Origin: Thermoplasmata archaeon | Lineage (GTDB): Archaea; Thermoplasmatota; Thermoplasmata; Lutacidiplasmatales; UBA184 | NCBI GenBank assembly: GCA_049802875.1 | Contig: JBARNH010000007.1 | Location: forward strand, 67,194-131,193 | Length of the DNA: 64,000 bases | Direction of reading: 5' to 3' | Shown: positions 47,579 through 55,959 of the stretch, piece after piece | How positions within the stretch are numbered: position 1 is the stretch's first letter | Layout of the letters: each line of letters begins with the position of its first letter | Program-made: the position numbers and the translations under genes | Notes under the pieces: model-generated | Told to the model about the DNA's origin: nothing | The model's database searches: none | What the model saw: only the letters and a program-made list of their open reading frames with translations

Positions 47579-48721
47579 CTAGAACGCGGCAAGGCCTTCC
47601 GCGGTCGCTGGGAGCGCAAAGGCAGCGTACTCGAGGGTCAGGGTGCCGCCCGACCCGATCGCGAACGATTCGATCTCTCCAGCGCCCGCGTCATAGACGA
47701 ACAGGAACTGGCCGTGCGATCCGCCCACGGCGAGGTCGGTGTCCGCAGCTCCGGTCGACGCGGCCACCGGCTCGAGCAGGGTCAACCCGCCGTTAGAGGC
47801 CACTCCGTAAGTTGAGATCGAGTTGCTGTGGGCGTTCGAGGTGAATGCGATCTGGCCGCGATCGGTCGTGGCGACCCAGCACGGAGCGAGCTGCCCATCC
47901 GAAACCGCGCCGCTCACCACGTTCAGAGCCCCGGACGGTGCGACGGCGTACGAGGAGAGGGCCCCTGGCCCTGCGTCACTCACGATTAGACTGCCCGCTG
48001 CTCCGAAGGTAAACCCGTACGGAGTCGCGCCATTCGAGGGGGTCACGATTGGGCCGCGAGCGTACCCTTGGGAACCCACCCTGTAAGTGTCTAGGACGCT
48101 CGTGTTCTTTTCGGAGACTACGAGGACCGAACCCGAGGGGTTGAAGGCGATCTCCGCGGGGGCGGTGGAGGCGCTGGTGCTCAGGGCGCGGCTCGATCCG
48201 GGCAGCGGAAAGAGAATTCCGTGGTCGCCAAGGAAAAACCCGAAGATATTGCCGGCGACGGCCGACGTGCCTGCGTTGAGGACATAGACGATCGAACCGT
48301 GCACAGCGACGCTTACGGGAAGGATTCCGTGAGAGCTCACCCGGTCCACGAAGGTCAGCAGAGGCCCGCCGCCGCCCAGCGAGTTTACATGGAAAACGGT
48401 GACCGCGTTGCTGCCGGCGTCCACGACAAGGAGCCAGTGACGGTCGGAGGTCAATGCGAGCGATCCGGAGTCGGCGAGACTCACTCCCGTTCCCAACCCG
48501 TGAGTGCTGAATTGGCCAGCGGGGATGAGCGACCCGCCGGGGCCAACCTCGTAGGCCACCACCGCGTTGCCGTCCGGACTGTTCGTCGCCGTGAACACAG
48601 CTCCCTGCGCCCACTTTCCTGTGTCGGGACCCACCGCCGGGTGTGCGAAGGCACTGCTCGACAGCACCAGCAGAAGCACGGCAGCGATCGGCAGAGCCCA
48701 CAACATTCTCATTCGCGTCAT
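47579..48721 (-). CDS. secreted lactonase-like 7-bladed beta-propeller protein
   Basis: Signal peptide MTRMRMLWALPIAAVLLLVLSSSAFA. Repeated ...SPDG/ G..LYV.NAGS.. blades resembling the 6-phosphogluconolactonase-like family. Confidence 0.6.
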   Translation of the reverse strand: MTRMRMLWALPIAAVLLLVLSSSAFAHPAVGPDTGKWAQGAVFTATNSPDGNAVVAYEVGPGGSLIPAGQFSTHGLGTGVSLADSGSLALTSDRHWLLVVDAGSNAVTVFHVNSLGGGGPLLTFVDRVSSHGILPVSVAVHGSIVYVLNAGTSAVAGNIFGFFLGDHGILFPLPGSSRALSTSASTAPAEIAFNPSGSVLVVSEKNTSVLDTYRVGSQGYARGPIVTPSNGATPYGFTFGAAGSLIVSDAGPGALSSYAVAPSGALNVVSGAVSDGQLAPCWVATTDRGQIAFTSNAHSNSISTYGVASNGGLTLLEPVAASTGAADTDLAVGGSHGQFLFVYDAGAGEIESFAIGSGGTLTLEYAAFALPATAEGLAAF

Positions 48722-48937
48722 CGGAACCGCAGACGGGCTTGGCCCCGATAATGAGAGAGCAGTTTCGCACCACAACCTGGCCCTAAGCCCGCCCGAATTC
48801 AGCACTAACCGGGTGCTCTGGGCAGAAGGGGGAATTCCAGCACGTCACAGTCCGGCGCTCTATGCACCGTTCGCCCCAGTCGCTCGAGGCTCCATCACAC
48901 GGAGAGGCGGGCTCGCCGGCATCCTCTCGGGTAACGG

Positions 48938-49567
48938 CTACTGAATCGACCAGTAGTGGTGCTGCGCGGTGTTGCCAGTTATCCGTTGGAGCGCGACCGC
49001 GTGATCGAGGACCAGGTGCGCGAAAAATCGTCCGTGTTCGTCGGCCTCCGGCGGGTCATGGGCGAAATAAAATCCGTCGTTCTCCAGCGCCTCCCAGAGC
49101 AGTTCCGGCGTGAGCGGGTGGTCCAGTGTGTGGTCTCGAGCGACGACTACCGCCACGTCGAGGGCACGCCCAATCGGATCCGAGTACTCCTTGTGGAGCA
49201 GCTGCACGGCCCCGGTGATTTCGCAGAACGCTATTAACCCGCCACCCCGGGCAGGAGTCGGGGTTAGGGGAGACCTACGGTGGACAAGGCCGCCCCCGCC
49301 TCGTTGCAATGTTGAGTTCAGCCGGTCTTCGGCGCTGGCTGCGAGAGTTCTCTCGCGAGGGCGGCGGAGAACTGTGCCCAGAGGTGAGAATCCTCGCGCT
49401 TGAGTTCCTGCGCTCGACGCTGAATCGATGTTCGATTCGGCCGACCCTTGAGGAGTTCCACCTGGTTCCCGGTGAAGTGCAGAGTGGAGGCAGTGGGCCC
49501 GCGGGCGGTCAGCTGGTAGAGGAACTGCGAGTACTTGGCGGGGCCGGCAACGTGAGTTGACGTCCAC
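48938..49567 (-). CDS. hypothetical protein (uncertain gene model)
   Basis: 209-aa ORF, but its N-terminal 250 nt overlap the better-supported SRPBCC gene (49318..49821) in another frame. Only the C-terminal ~100 aa look protein-like. Confidence 0.3.
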   Translation of the reverse strand: MDVNSRCRPRQVLAVPLPADRPRAHCLHSALHREPGGTPQGSAESNIDSASSAGTQARGFSPLGTVLRRPRERTLAASAEDRLNSTLQRGGGGLVHRRSPLTPTPARGGGLIAFCEITGAVQLLHKEYSDPIGRALDVAVVVARDHTLDHPLTPELLWEALENDGFYFAHDPPEADEHGRFFAHLVLDHAVALQRITGNTAQHHYWSIQ

Positions 49568-49821
49568 ATCCAGCGGTCCGGAAATAGGTGGACTAACTTC
49601 ACTTTCACCGTCCGTGCCCCCTGCCGAGAGTCGAACGGATCATCGTCGAATGAATCGGTAAGAAGGATGAGGTCATCTGTCAGCTTTTCGACCTTGCGGC
49701 GGCCCTTGACGTCCGAAAGGTCGAAATCATTCGAACGGTAGTCGGTGGCCCAGCGATATGCGTGCGGCCGCGACGCCGCCAATTCGGTGGCGAAGTGGTA
49801 CGTCAGTCGCTGGAAAGGCAT
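49318..49821 (-). CDS. SRPBCC-family (polyketide cyclase/dehydrase-like) protein
   Basis: C-terminal 167 aa of the 418-aa ORF 49318..50574, starting at MPFQRLTYHF. The N-terminal part of that long ORF is antisense to the DinB-like gene and judged spurious. Confidence 0.5.
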   Translation of the reverse strand: MPFQRLTYHFATELAASRPHAYRWATDYRSNDFDLSDVKGRRKVEKLTDDLILLTDSFDDDPFDSRQGARTVKVKLVHLFPDRWMWTSTHVAGPAKYSQFLYQLTARGPTASTLHFTGNQVELLKGRPNRTSIQRRAQELKREDSHLWAQFSAALARELSQPAPKTG

Positions 49822-50034
49822 GATGAGGCGGTGAGCGGGTGAGGGGGGATAAACTCGGCGAGAACGCGACGGGCTGAATGACCGAAAGGATCGGGCATCG
49901 GTGGCCGTCCGTCCAGAGCGAGCCTCGTTTACCGGATCCGAGCCGGTTCCAGTTCGGAGGGGAGAGTATCCCGGGAATGCGCGCGGGGTCGGCGCTTGAG
50001 AGCTTATTTGTCGAAACGGGATGGACGCGCGTCT

Positions 50035-50640
50035 ATGGTCACAACGATCGATCTCATGGACTTCGTCCACGAACTGAGGGAGGATTTTTTCGAACGTGCG
50101 GCAAAGCTCGGCTGGAAGGAGTTCTCCAAGGACCGAGGCGTCAGCATGCACTCCTTTCGCAACGTCTTTCTCCACCTGGCCTACGTGGAAGAGCAACACG
50201 TCACCGAATTCTGCGAGGGGAGACCGACACCTTGGATGCCCGAAGTGATGAGGATCCCCCGGGACCGATACCTCACGATCGCTTCGGTCCGGAAGCGGCT
50301 CCGAGAAGTTCGAGCGATGGGAGATCAACGGTTCAAGAGATGGAACAGTCCCGAAGAGCTGGAGAAGCCCGCTGTTTGGGTCGCCGCCGAGAAGTACCCC
50401 CTGCGCTTGTCCCGGGACTCCGCCCTCGCGCAGTGTTTGACTGAGCACTTGCTGCACCTTGGCGAAGTGGAGGCCATGCTCTGGCAGTTGGATGTGGAGC
50501 CACCCACGACGTTCTGGATCGATCGAAGAGTTCTCCTTGGGAAGTGGCCTCCTCCCAAGTCGGCCCTCTTCCAAGGTCGCATCCTACCGAGACGACGAGC
50601 CGTACGCCGCTCGGTGAAGGGAGCGAAACGTCGTCGTTAA
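50035..50640 (+). CDS. DinB/YfiT-like metal-dependent four-helix-bundle protein
   Basis: MHSFRNVFLHLAYVEEQH...LTEHLLHLGEVEAMLWQ (His-rich DinB motifs). ORF-track start 49996. Confidence 0.6.
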   Translation: MVTTIDLMDFVHELREDFFERAAKLGWKEFSKDRGVSMHSFRNVFLHLAYVEEQHVTEFCEGRPTPWMPEVMRIPRDRYLTIASVRKRLREVRAMGDQRFKRWNSPEELEKPAVWVAAEKYPLRLSRDSALAQCLTEHLLHLGEVEAMLWQLDVEPPTTFWIDRRVLLGKWPPPKSALFQGRILPRRRAVRRSVKGAKRRR

Positions 50641-50880
50641 ACGACTTCGCAAGATCCTTTTTCGGTCCTCGCCCGGCGAAAACCACACCGCCGTCTCTTG
50701 ACTCCCCCGAGACGAGGTACCATCGACCCCCCGAGTTCTGGGGGCAAATGCGATTGTGCCTACCGCATGAGAGAGGTTTCGCCGATCTCAGAGTCCCCTT
50801 GGACTGCCGGCGCAAGCGATCTCGGCCGCCTTCGGTTGACAGACTGCACCCGGTTTCAAGCCTTCACCGGTGGAAGCGAC

Positions 50881-51762
50881 TCAAAAGTGGGAAACGAGCC
50901 ACTCGTGAACCTCCGGGATCCTTCTGACGAACAGCGAGATGTGACCCTCCCCCGGTTCCAGGTGGACGTCCGCACCGGGGAGATGGTCGGCCAGCCACCT
51001 CGCGTGCGAAAGTGGAACAAGTTGATCGTCCGTCCCATGCCAGAGCTGAACGGGGACTTTGATCGAGCTGAGCTCGAATCCCCATGGCTTGATATCGGAG
51101 AGACTGTCGTCGATGAAGCCATCGGGTCCCTGCGATAGCCCGTCTTGCATCTGGGCGTGGGCGAACGAGAGAAGCTCGGGAGTGAGAACTGCCCGATCAA
51201 CGTCGGGCGAGGAGTCGAAGAGAGACTCGTTTAGACGTTCCTGAGAAATTTCTCTCATTTCCTTGACCTCCTCGGCCAATTTACGCTTCCATGCATCGGG
51301 ATCGTAGCTGAACAATTGAAATCCGGCGACAGCGGTTTCGGCAACGCCGGCGAACCAGTCGAGTCCGTCCGCGGCATATGGCGCGACCGCTCCCAGGCTC
51401 GCGACAGCGACCAAGCGATCCGGGAGGAGTGCCGCGCACGCAAGGGCGTACGACGCTCCCTTGGAGTGACCCCACAGGGCGAACCGGTCGACCCCCAAAC
51501 TATCGGCGATCGCCCGAACGTCCGATGCCTCGTCAGCAACGATTCGGCCAGGTCTTGCCGTCGATCCCCCGTAGCCCGCGGGGTCAAAACTGATCAGGCG
51601 GATTCCTCGTCGAGCGGCATCGGCGACGTGCTGCGCGTAAAGCAGTTTTGAACCAGGGCAGGTGTGGAGAACGAAAACCGGCGGGCCACGTGGGTCCCCA
51701 CTCTCGTTAATCCTGAGGGTTCGTCCGTCCGCCAGGGCGATGTCCTTCGCTGACTGAGGCAT
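50881..51762 (-). CDS. alpha/beta hydrolase
   Basis: VFVLHTCPGS, nucleophile elbow WGHSKGA (GxSxG), acid/His region GEGHISLFV. Confidence 0.75.
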   Translation of the reverse strand: MPQSAKDIALADGRTLRINESGDPRGPPVFVLHTCPGSKLLYAQHVADAARRGIRLISFDPAGYGGSTARPGRIVADEASDVRAIADSLGVDRFALWGHSKGASYALACAALLPDRLVAVASLGAVAPYAADGLDWFAGVAETAVAGFQLFSYDPDAWKRKLAEEVKEMREISQERLNESLFDSSPDVDRAVLTPELLSFAHAQMQDGLSQGPDGFIDDSLSDIKPWGFELSSIKVPVQLWHGTDDQLVPLSHARWLADHLPGADVHLEPGEGHISLFVRRIPEVHEWLVSHF

Positions 51763-51916
51763 TGGATATCACGGGAGAGATAGGTCGGAACCCGCGATAA
51801 TACTCCCGTTGCAATCAACCACTGACCGGCCCGCACCTCAGTTGCTAGTGGCAGAATTCGGCAGTGGGACAATCCACAATAGTATCACAGACTATCCCCC
51901 CTTCCGGCTGCGCTTC

Positions 51917-53152
51917 TCACGCACGCCTCACCGTAGTTTGGCCAGTAGACTTGGTTCTACCCGAACTTTTGGCCTGCAGATTCGTCGACACGGCCCCGAC
52001 CTCGCGGAAGACACGGAGAGTGTTGGCGCCCAGTATCTTGCGGCAGTCCTCTGCGGAGTAGCCACGTTCCAACAGGACCTCGGTGATTTTGGGGAGGTCG
52101 GCGGACGAGTCGAGGGCCTTCGGCAACTGGCCGCTTACGCCGTCAAAGTCGGATCCGAGTCCGACATGGTCGACGCCTCCCACCTTGGCAATGTGGTCGA
52201 TCTGGTCGATGAGCGCGGAAAGCGGTGGACGGGGAATCTTGTCCATAAGACGACGCCGAATCCGTTCTTTGTCGGCGTGGGTGAACTCGCGACCCGCCTT
52301 CGCGGCCTTCCGCTTGGCAGCCGTGTCTGCTCGTTCCACTTCGGTCTCTCGCGATTTCCAAGCGTCCCGATAGGCTTGGGAGACAAAACCGGAGAAGAAG
52401 TTGACCTGAACCACGCCGCCTTTCGAGTCGGGCCGGCCTGAGCGGGCTACGGTACGTATCATGTCGTCGGTCATGTTGCGGGGGTGGTCGCATAGAGCGC
52501 GCGCCCCGGAGTGGGAGGCGATCACGGGGGCGTGGCTCGTCGCCACCGCGCGGTAGAACGTGCGGTCGGCGACGTGCGAGATATCCACCATCATTCCCAG
52601 ACGGTTCATCTCGCGGACCACATCCTCCCCAAATTCGGTAAGTCCGTTCCTGGTGTGCAGGACGGTCTTGTTGTCGATGTCGCCGGAGGAGTCGGCCCAG
52701 TCGTTAGAATTGGACCATGTGAGTGTCATGTAGCGCACACCGAGGTCGTAGTACTGCCGGAGCAGGCCGAGCGAGTTTTCGATCGAGTGACCGCCTTCGA
52801 TGCCCATCAAGGCAGCGAATTTGTGTTCCCGATGGGCGGTCTCGATGCCCTCGGGACTGGCTTCAAAGACAACTTGGTCGGAATGTTTGGCCACTTGGAG
52901 CCGGACGGAATCGATCAGCTCCAGCGTGCGCCGCGCGTACTGTCCCTTGTAGAGCGCGGGTTCCACCCAGATCGAGAAAAACTCCGCGCCTAGGTTGCCC
53001 TTGCGAATGGAATCGAGGTTGAGTTGTCCCCCCTCCAAAGGGTTCGCGAGGTCGAAGTGCTCGTCCAAGAATCGCTGTGTCGTGTCGGCATGGGTGTCGA
53101 CAACGATGGCGGATTTGTGTACCTGGGCCGCGGTAAGGAGTTTCTGGGTCAT
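51917..53152 (-). CDS. membrane dipeptidase (peptidase family M19)
   Basis: AIVVDTHADT...GIEGGHSIENSLGLLRQYYDLGVRYMTLTWSNSN, typical renal-dipeptidase-family motifs. Confidence 0.8.
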   Translation of the reverse strand: MTQKLLTAAQVHKSAIVVDTHADTTQRFLDEHFDLANPLEGGQLNLDSIRKGNLGAEFFSIWVEPALYKGQYARRTLELIDSVRLQVAKHSDQVVFEASPEGIETAHREHKFAALMGIEGGHSIENSLGLLRQYYDLGVRYMTLTWSNSNDWADSSGDIDNKTVLHTRNGLTEFGEDVVREMNRLGMMVDISHVADRTFYRAVATSHAPVIASHSGARALCDHPRNMTDDMIRTVARSGRPDSKGGVVQVNFFSGFVSQAYRDAWKSRETEVERADTAAKRKAAKAGREFTHADKERIRRRLMDKIPRPPLSALIDQIDHIAKVGGVDHVGLGSDFDGVSGQLPKALDSSADLPKITEVLLERGYSAEDCRKILGANTLRVFREVGAVSTNLQAKSSGRTKSTGQTTVRRA

Positions 53153-53251
53153 GTCGGGGGCAGTTGATTCGGAGACAAAAGTGGGCGGGCGAGCAGCAGG
53201 ATAGTGATGGAGACACTCCGTTCAGATAGCTCCGGTTCCCCCAGTCAGGTT

Positions 53252-53272
53252 GGTTGCGATGGACATTGCACC
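53252..53272. repeat. GGTGCAA-N6-TTGCACC family palindromic motif
   Basis: GGTTGCGATGGACATTGCACC. Confidence 0.55.
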
Positions 53273-53363
53273 TGCGTTCCCCTTCTCGGGTGTCGCCCTG
53301 AGTGATCCACGGGACCATCAACGATCCTCTTGTTAGGAAGGCGGGCGCCAGGTCACCAATTGG

Positions 53364-53378
53364 TTAGATATAACCTAA
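53364..53378 (+). promoter_or_regulatory. imperfect palindrome TTAGATATAACCTAA resembling a DtxR/IdeR-type operator
   Basis: Similar to the TTAGGTTAGCCTAACCTAA consensus. It lies just upstream of the TATA element of the metalloregulator gene. Confidence 0.4.
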
Positions 53379-53391
53379 TAATTAGGGTCAC

Positions 53392-53399
53392 ATATATAT
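53392..53399 (+). promoter_or_regulatory. TATA box (ATATATAT) ~24 bp upstream of the ATG at 53423 (leaderless mRNA predicted)
   Basis: A sharp AT-rich octamer in GC-rich context with no Shine-Dalgarno. This is archaeal-type geometry. Confidence 0.5.
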
Positions 53400-53422
53400 G
53401 CGACCGGAGCGTGACCACTCCC

Positions 53423-53854
53423 ATGGAGCCGCTCCAGAGACTGACTCGCCGACAACTCGACACCCTCCAGACGATCGGAGCGAAGGAGTCGCCCGAACGA
53501 GGAGTGGCACTCAAACTGGTTGCGGCATCACTCCACCTCAGCGCGCCCTCGGCTCTGGGCCACATGACGCCACTTGAGCAGCTCGGGTTGGTCGAGCGCC
53601 ATCGCGGCAAGAGCCGCCTGACAAACAAGGGCCGAAACACCTTGCTCGAGTACGAGCGACATCACAGAGTCGCAGAGAGCCTGTTCGGTAGTCTCGGCCT
53701 TTCTCCTTCGGAGACCTGTGCCGCCGCCCGGGAGATCGATCTCGCAATCACGCACCGCACCGTCGAGGAGGTCTGTCGGGCGCAGGCGCACCCGTCCACC
53801 TGTCCTCACGGGCAGCCGATCGCTGCGTGTTCGACCGAACGGGGAGCTCGCTGA
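53423..53854 (+). CDS. DtxR/MntR-family metal-dependent transcriptional regulator
   Basis: LTRRQLDTLQTI...GVALKLVAASLHLSAPSALGHMTPLEQLGLVERHRGKS..LTNKGRNTLLEYERHHRVAESLF. Confidence 0.75.
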   Translation: MEPLQRLTRRQLDTLQTIGAKESPERGVALKLVAASLHLSAPSALGHMTPLEQLGLVERHRGKSRLTNKGRNTLLEYERHHRVAESLFGSLGLSPSETCAAAREIDLAITHRTVEEVCRAQAHPSTCPHGQPIAACSTERGAR

Positions 53855-53856
53855 GA

Positions 53857-55068
53857 ATGGCGGGGGAGGCTCCGGAGTCACCACCCGACCCCTCGGCTTC
53901 CGACTTGTCCGTAGGGCAGCCGGCGTCCCCGACATCGCCCGGTGTTCGGGCTTCCCGCAAACCCCCTCGGACGGGAAGGTCGACGTTGGCGATCGCCGCC
54001 ATCGTGGCGGTGGTCATCATTCTCGTGGGGGGCGCGGTCGCCTATGAAGTAGTGACCAGCAAGGCCGCAGGCAACCCCTGTGCTGCCTTCACGCCCCAGC
54101 AGCTCGGAGCGAACGCCACCCCGGGTCAAGTCTCGGGGAACACGACCCCGAACTACGCGCAGGCCACCTCGTTGACCAACGGACCCCTTGCCACGGTGTC
54201 CGTGGGGCAGACAATCCAGGTGGTCGCGGGGGAAAACTTCTGGGGTAGTCTTGTCAGCCAGATGGGCGGAAACCTGACGAACGTGCTGAGCATCGTGAGC
54301 GACCCGAACGCGGACCCCCACGAATACGAGGCGAACGCCTCGGACGCGGCCGCGATCACTCACGCGAATTTCGTGATCGTCAACGGCGTCGGCTACGACG
54401 ACTGGGCCCTCCAACTGATTGGAGCGGCGGACAGTCCCGGTCAGGAAGTGTTGAATGTAGGTACACTGAACGGCGTCTTCGTCACGGGAGGGATCGTCAC
54501 GGGCAACCCCCACCAGTGGTACAACCCGCTCTACGTGAACCACACTCTGTTGGCGATGTACTCCGACCTTGTCGCCCTTCAGCCGGCCTCGAAAGCGATC
54601 TTCCAGCAGAACTTCGCGAACATCAACTCCTCCGCGGGCGGGGGGGCCGGGGGGGTTTCGATCGATCAGCTCTACGCCCGCGCCAACCAGATCCGGGACG
54701 ATTTCGCCGGCACGGTCGTGGTCTCGACGGAGAGCATCTTCGTCTATCTCGCCAACTACACGGGGCTCGACCTGATCGCGCCCCCAGAGTTCATGGAGGC
54801 CATCGCGGAAGGGAACGACCCGCCGGCGTCCAGCGTAGCCTTGTTCGAGTGTCAGCTCGAGAGCGGTTACGTGAAGGTGCTGGTGTACAACATTCAGACG
54901 GTGACCCCCATCACGACCACAGTCGAGGGAATCGCCGGGGTGAACAACGTGACGGTCACCTACGTGAGCGAGACCATCCAGCCCCCGGACACGAGCTTCC
55001 AGGATTGGATGTACGGGGAGTACAACTCCCTCATCAACGCGCTCAACTCCGAACAGCTGGGGAAATGA
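53857..55068 (+). CDS. metal (Zn/Mn) ABC transporter substrate-binding protein (ZnuA/TroA-like, cluster A-I)
   Basis: N-terminal TM anchor (TLAIAAIVAVVIILVGGAVAY). The ...DPHEYE... metal-binding region is typical of TroA-like SBPs. The start immediately follows the regulator's stop. Confidence 0.7.
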   Translation: MAGEAPESPPDPSASDLSVGQPASPTSPGVRASRKPPRTGRSTLAIAAIVAVVIILVGGAVAYEVVTSKAAGNPCAAFTPQQLGANATPGQVSGNTTPNYAQATSLTNGPLATVSVGQTIQVVAGENFWGSLVSQMGGNLTNVLSIVSDPNADPHEYEANASDAAAITHANFVIVNGVGYDDWALQLIGAADSPGQEVLNVGTLNGVFVTGGIVTGNPHQWYNPLYVNHTLLAMYSDLVALQPASKAIFQQNFANINSSAGGGAGGVSIDQLYARANQIRDDFAGTVVVSTESIFVYLANYTGLDLIAPPEFMEAIAEGNDPPASSVALFECQLESGYVKVLVYNIQTVTPITTTVEGIAGVNNVTVTYVSETIQPPDTSFQDWMYGEYNSLINALNSEQLGK

Positions 55069-55074
55069 CGGCCG

Positions 55075-55959
55075 GTGGACGCTGACCTCCCCCACCCACC
55101 GGTGTTCCAGTCGACGGCGAGCCGTCTCGCCCGATCCGGTCCGCCGGCGATCCGGGCCGAACGCCTCGAAGTACGGTACCGGAACAAGCTCGTGTGGAAG
55201 GACGCTACGTTCGATGTCCAGCCCGGCGAGTTCGTCGCGGTCATCGGCCCCAATGGGGCGGGCAAGACGACGCTCTTCCGCATGCTGCTCGGACTCCACT
55301 GGCCGTCGAGCGGGCACCTTTCCGTCTTCGGCTCCCCTCCCCGCCGGGGCAACTACCGGATCGGCTACGTCCCGCAACGGCACACGATCGACCGAGAGAC
55401 GCACCTCGAGTGCGACAAACTCGTCCGCCTGGGCTACCCGGGGACCCGATGGGGGCCGGGGAAGCGCTGGGCCCCTTTGCAGTGGGGTCCCCGATTCCGA
55501 TTGGGGGCGGAGCGCGAGGCGGCGGCCCGAGCGCTCGAGGATGTTGGGGCTTCCGACCTCGGCTCCAAATCGCTGGGCGCGCTCTCCGGCGGGGAGTTGC
55601 AGCGGATCTTCCTGGCCGAGGCGCTGGTGGGGAGCCCCGACATGCTGTTGCTCGACGAGCCGCTCTCTAACCTCGACCTTCGCCGGAGCCGGGAGTTGGT
55701 CGAGACGATCCACGGGTTGGTCGTCTCTCGCGGGGTGACGACCCTCCTCGTCGCCCACGACATCAATCCGATGATCAAGTGCCTCGACAAGGTGATCTAC
55801 ATCGCCAACGGCCACGTCGCGGTGGGAGCCCCGGACGACGTCCTCTCTTCGGAGCGGCTCTCGGCGCTTTACGGGGTCCACGTCGAAGTGCTGCACGATT
55901 CCCGGGGCAACCTGGTGATCGTGGGCGGAGAGGACGAACGCGGGGAGGAAGGGGCATGA
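55075..55959 (+). CDS. metal ABC transporter ATP-binding protein (ZnuC-like)
   Basis: GTG start. Walker A GPNGAGKTT. Signature LSGGELQRI. Walker B MLLLDEPLSNLD. Confidence 0.8.
   Translation: MDADLPHPPVFQSTASRLARSGPPAIRAERLEVRYRNKLVWKDATFDVQPGEFVAVIGPNGAGKTTLFRMLLGLHWPSSGHLSVFGSPPRRGNYRIGYVPQRHTIDRETHLECDKLVRLGYPGTRWGPGKRWAPLQWGPRFRLGAEREAAARALEDVGASDLGSKSLGALSGGELQRIFLAEALVGSPDMLLLDEPLSNLDLRRSRELVETIHGLVVSRGVTTLLVAHDINPMIKCLDKVIYIANGHVAVGAPDDVLSSERLSALYGVHVEVLHDSRGNLVIVGGEDERGEEGA

Noticed and set aside
47976-48773. 265-aa alternative-frame ORF
   Set aside because: It overlaps the lactonase-like beta-propeller gene 47579..48721 in another frame. Arg-rich composition.
53878-55896. 672-aa minus-strand ORF
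   Set aside because: It is antisense to the ZnuA-like and ZnuC-like genes, which carry unambiguous ABC motifs. The product is Arg/Gly/Pro-rich, typical of spurious high-GC antisense frames.
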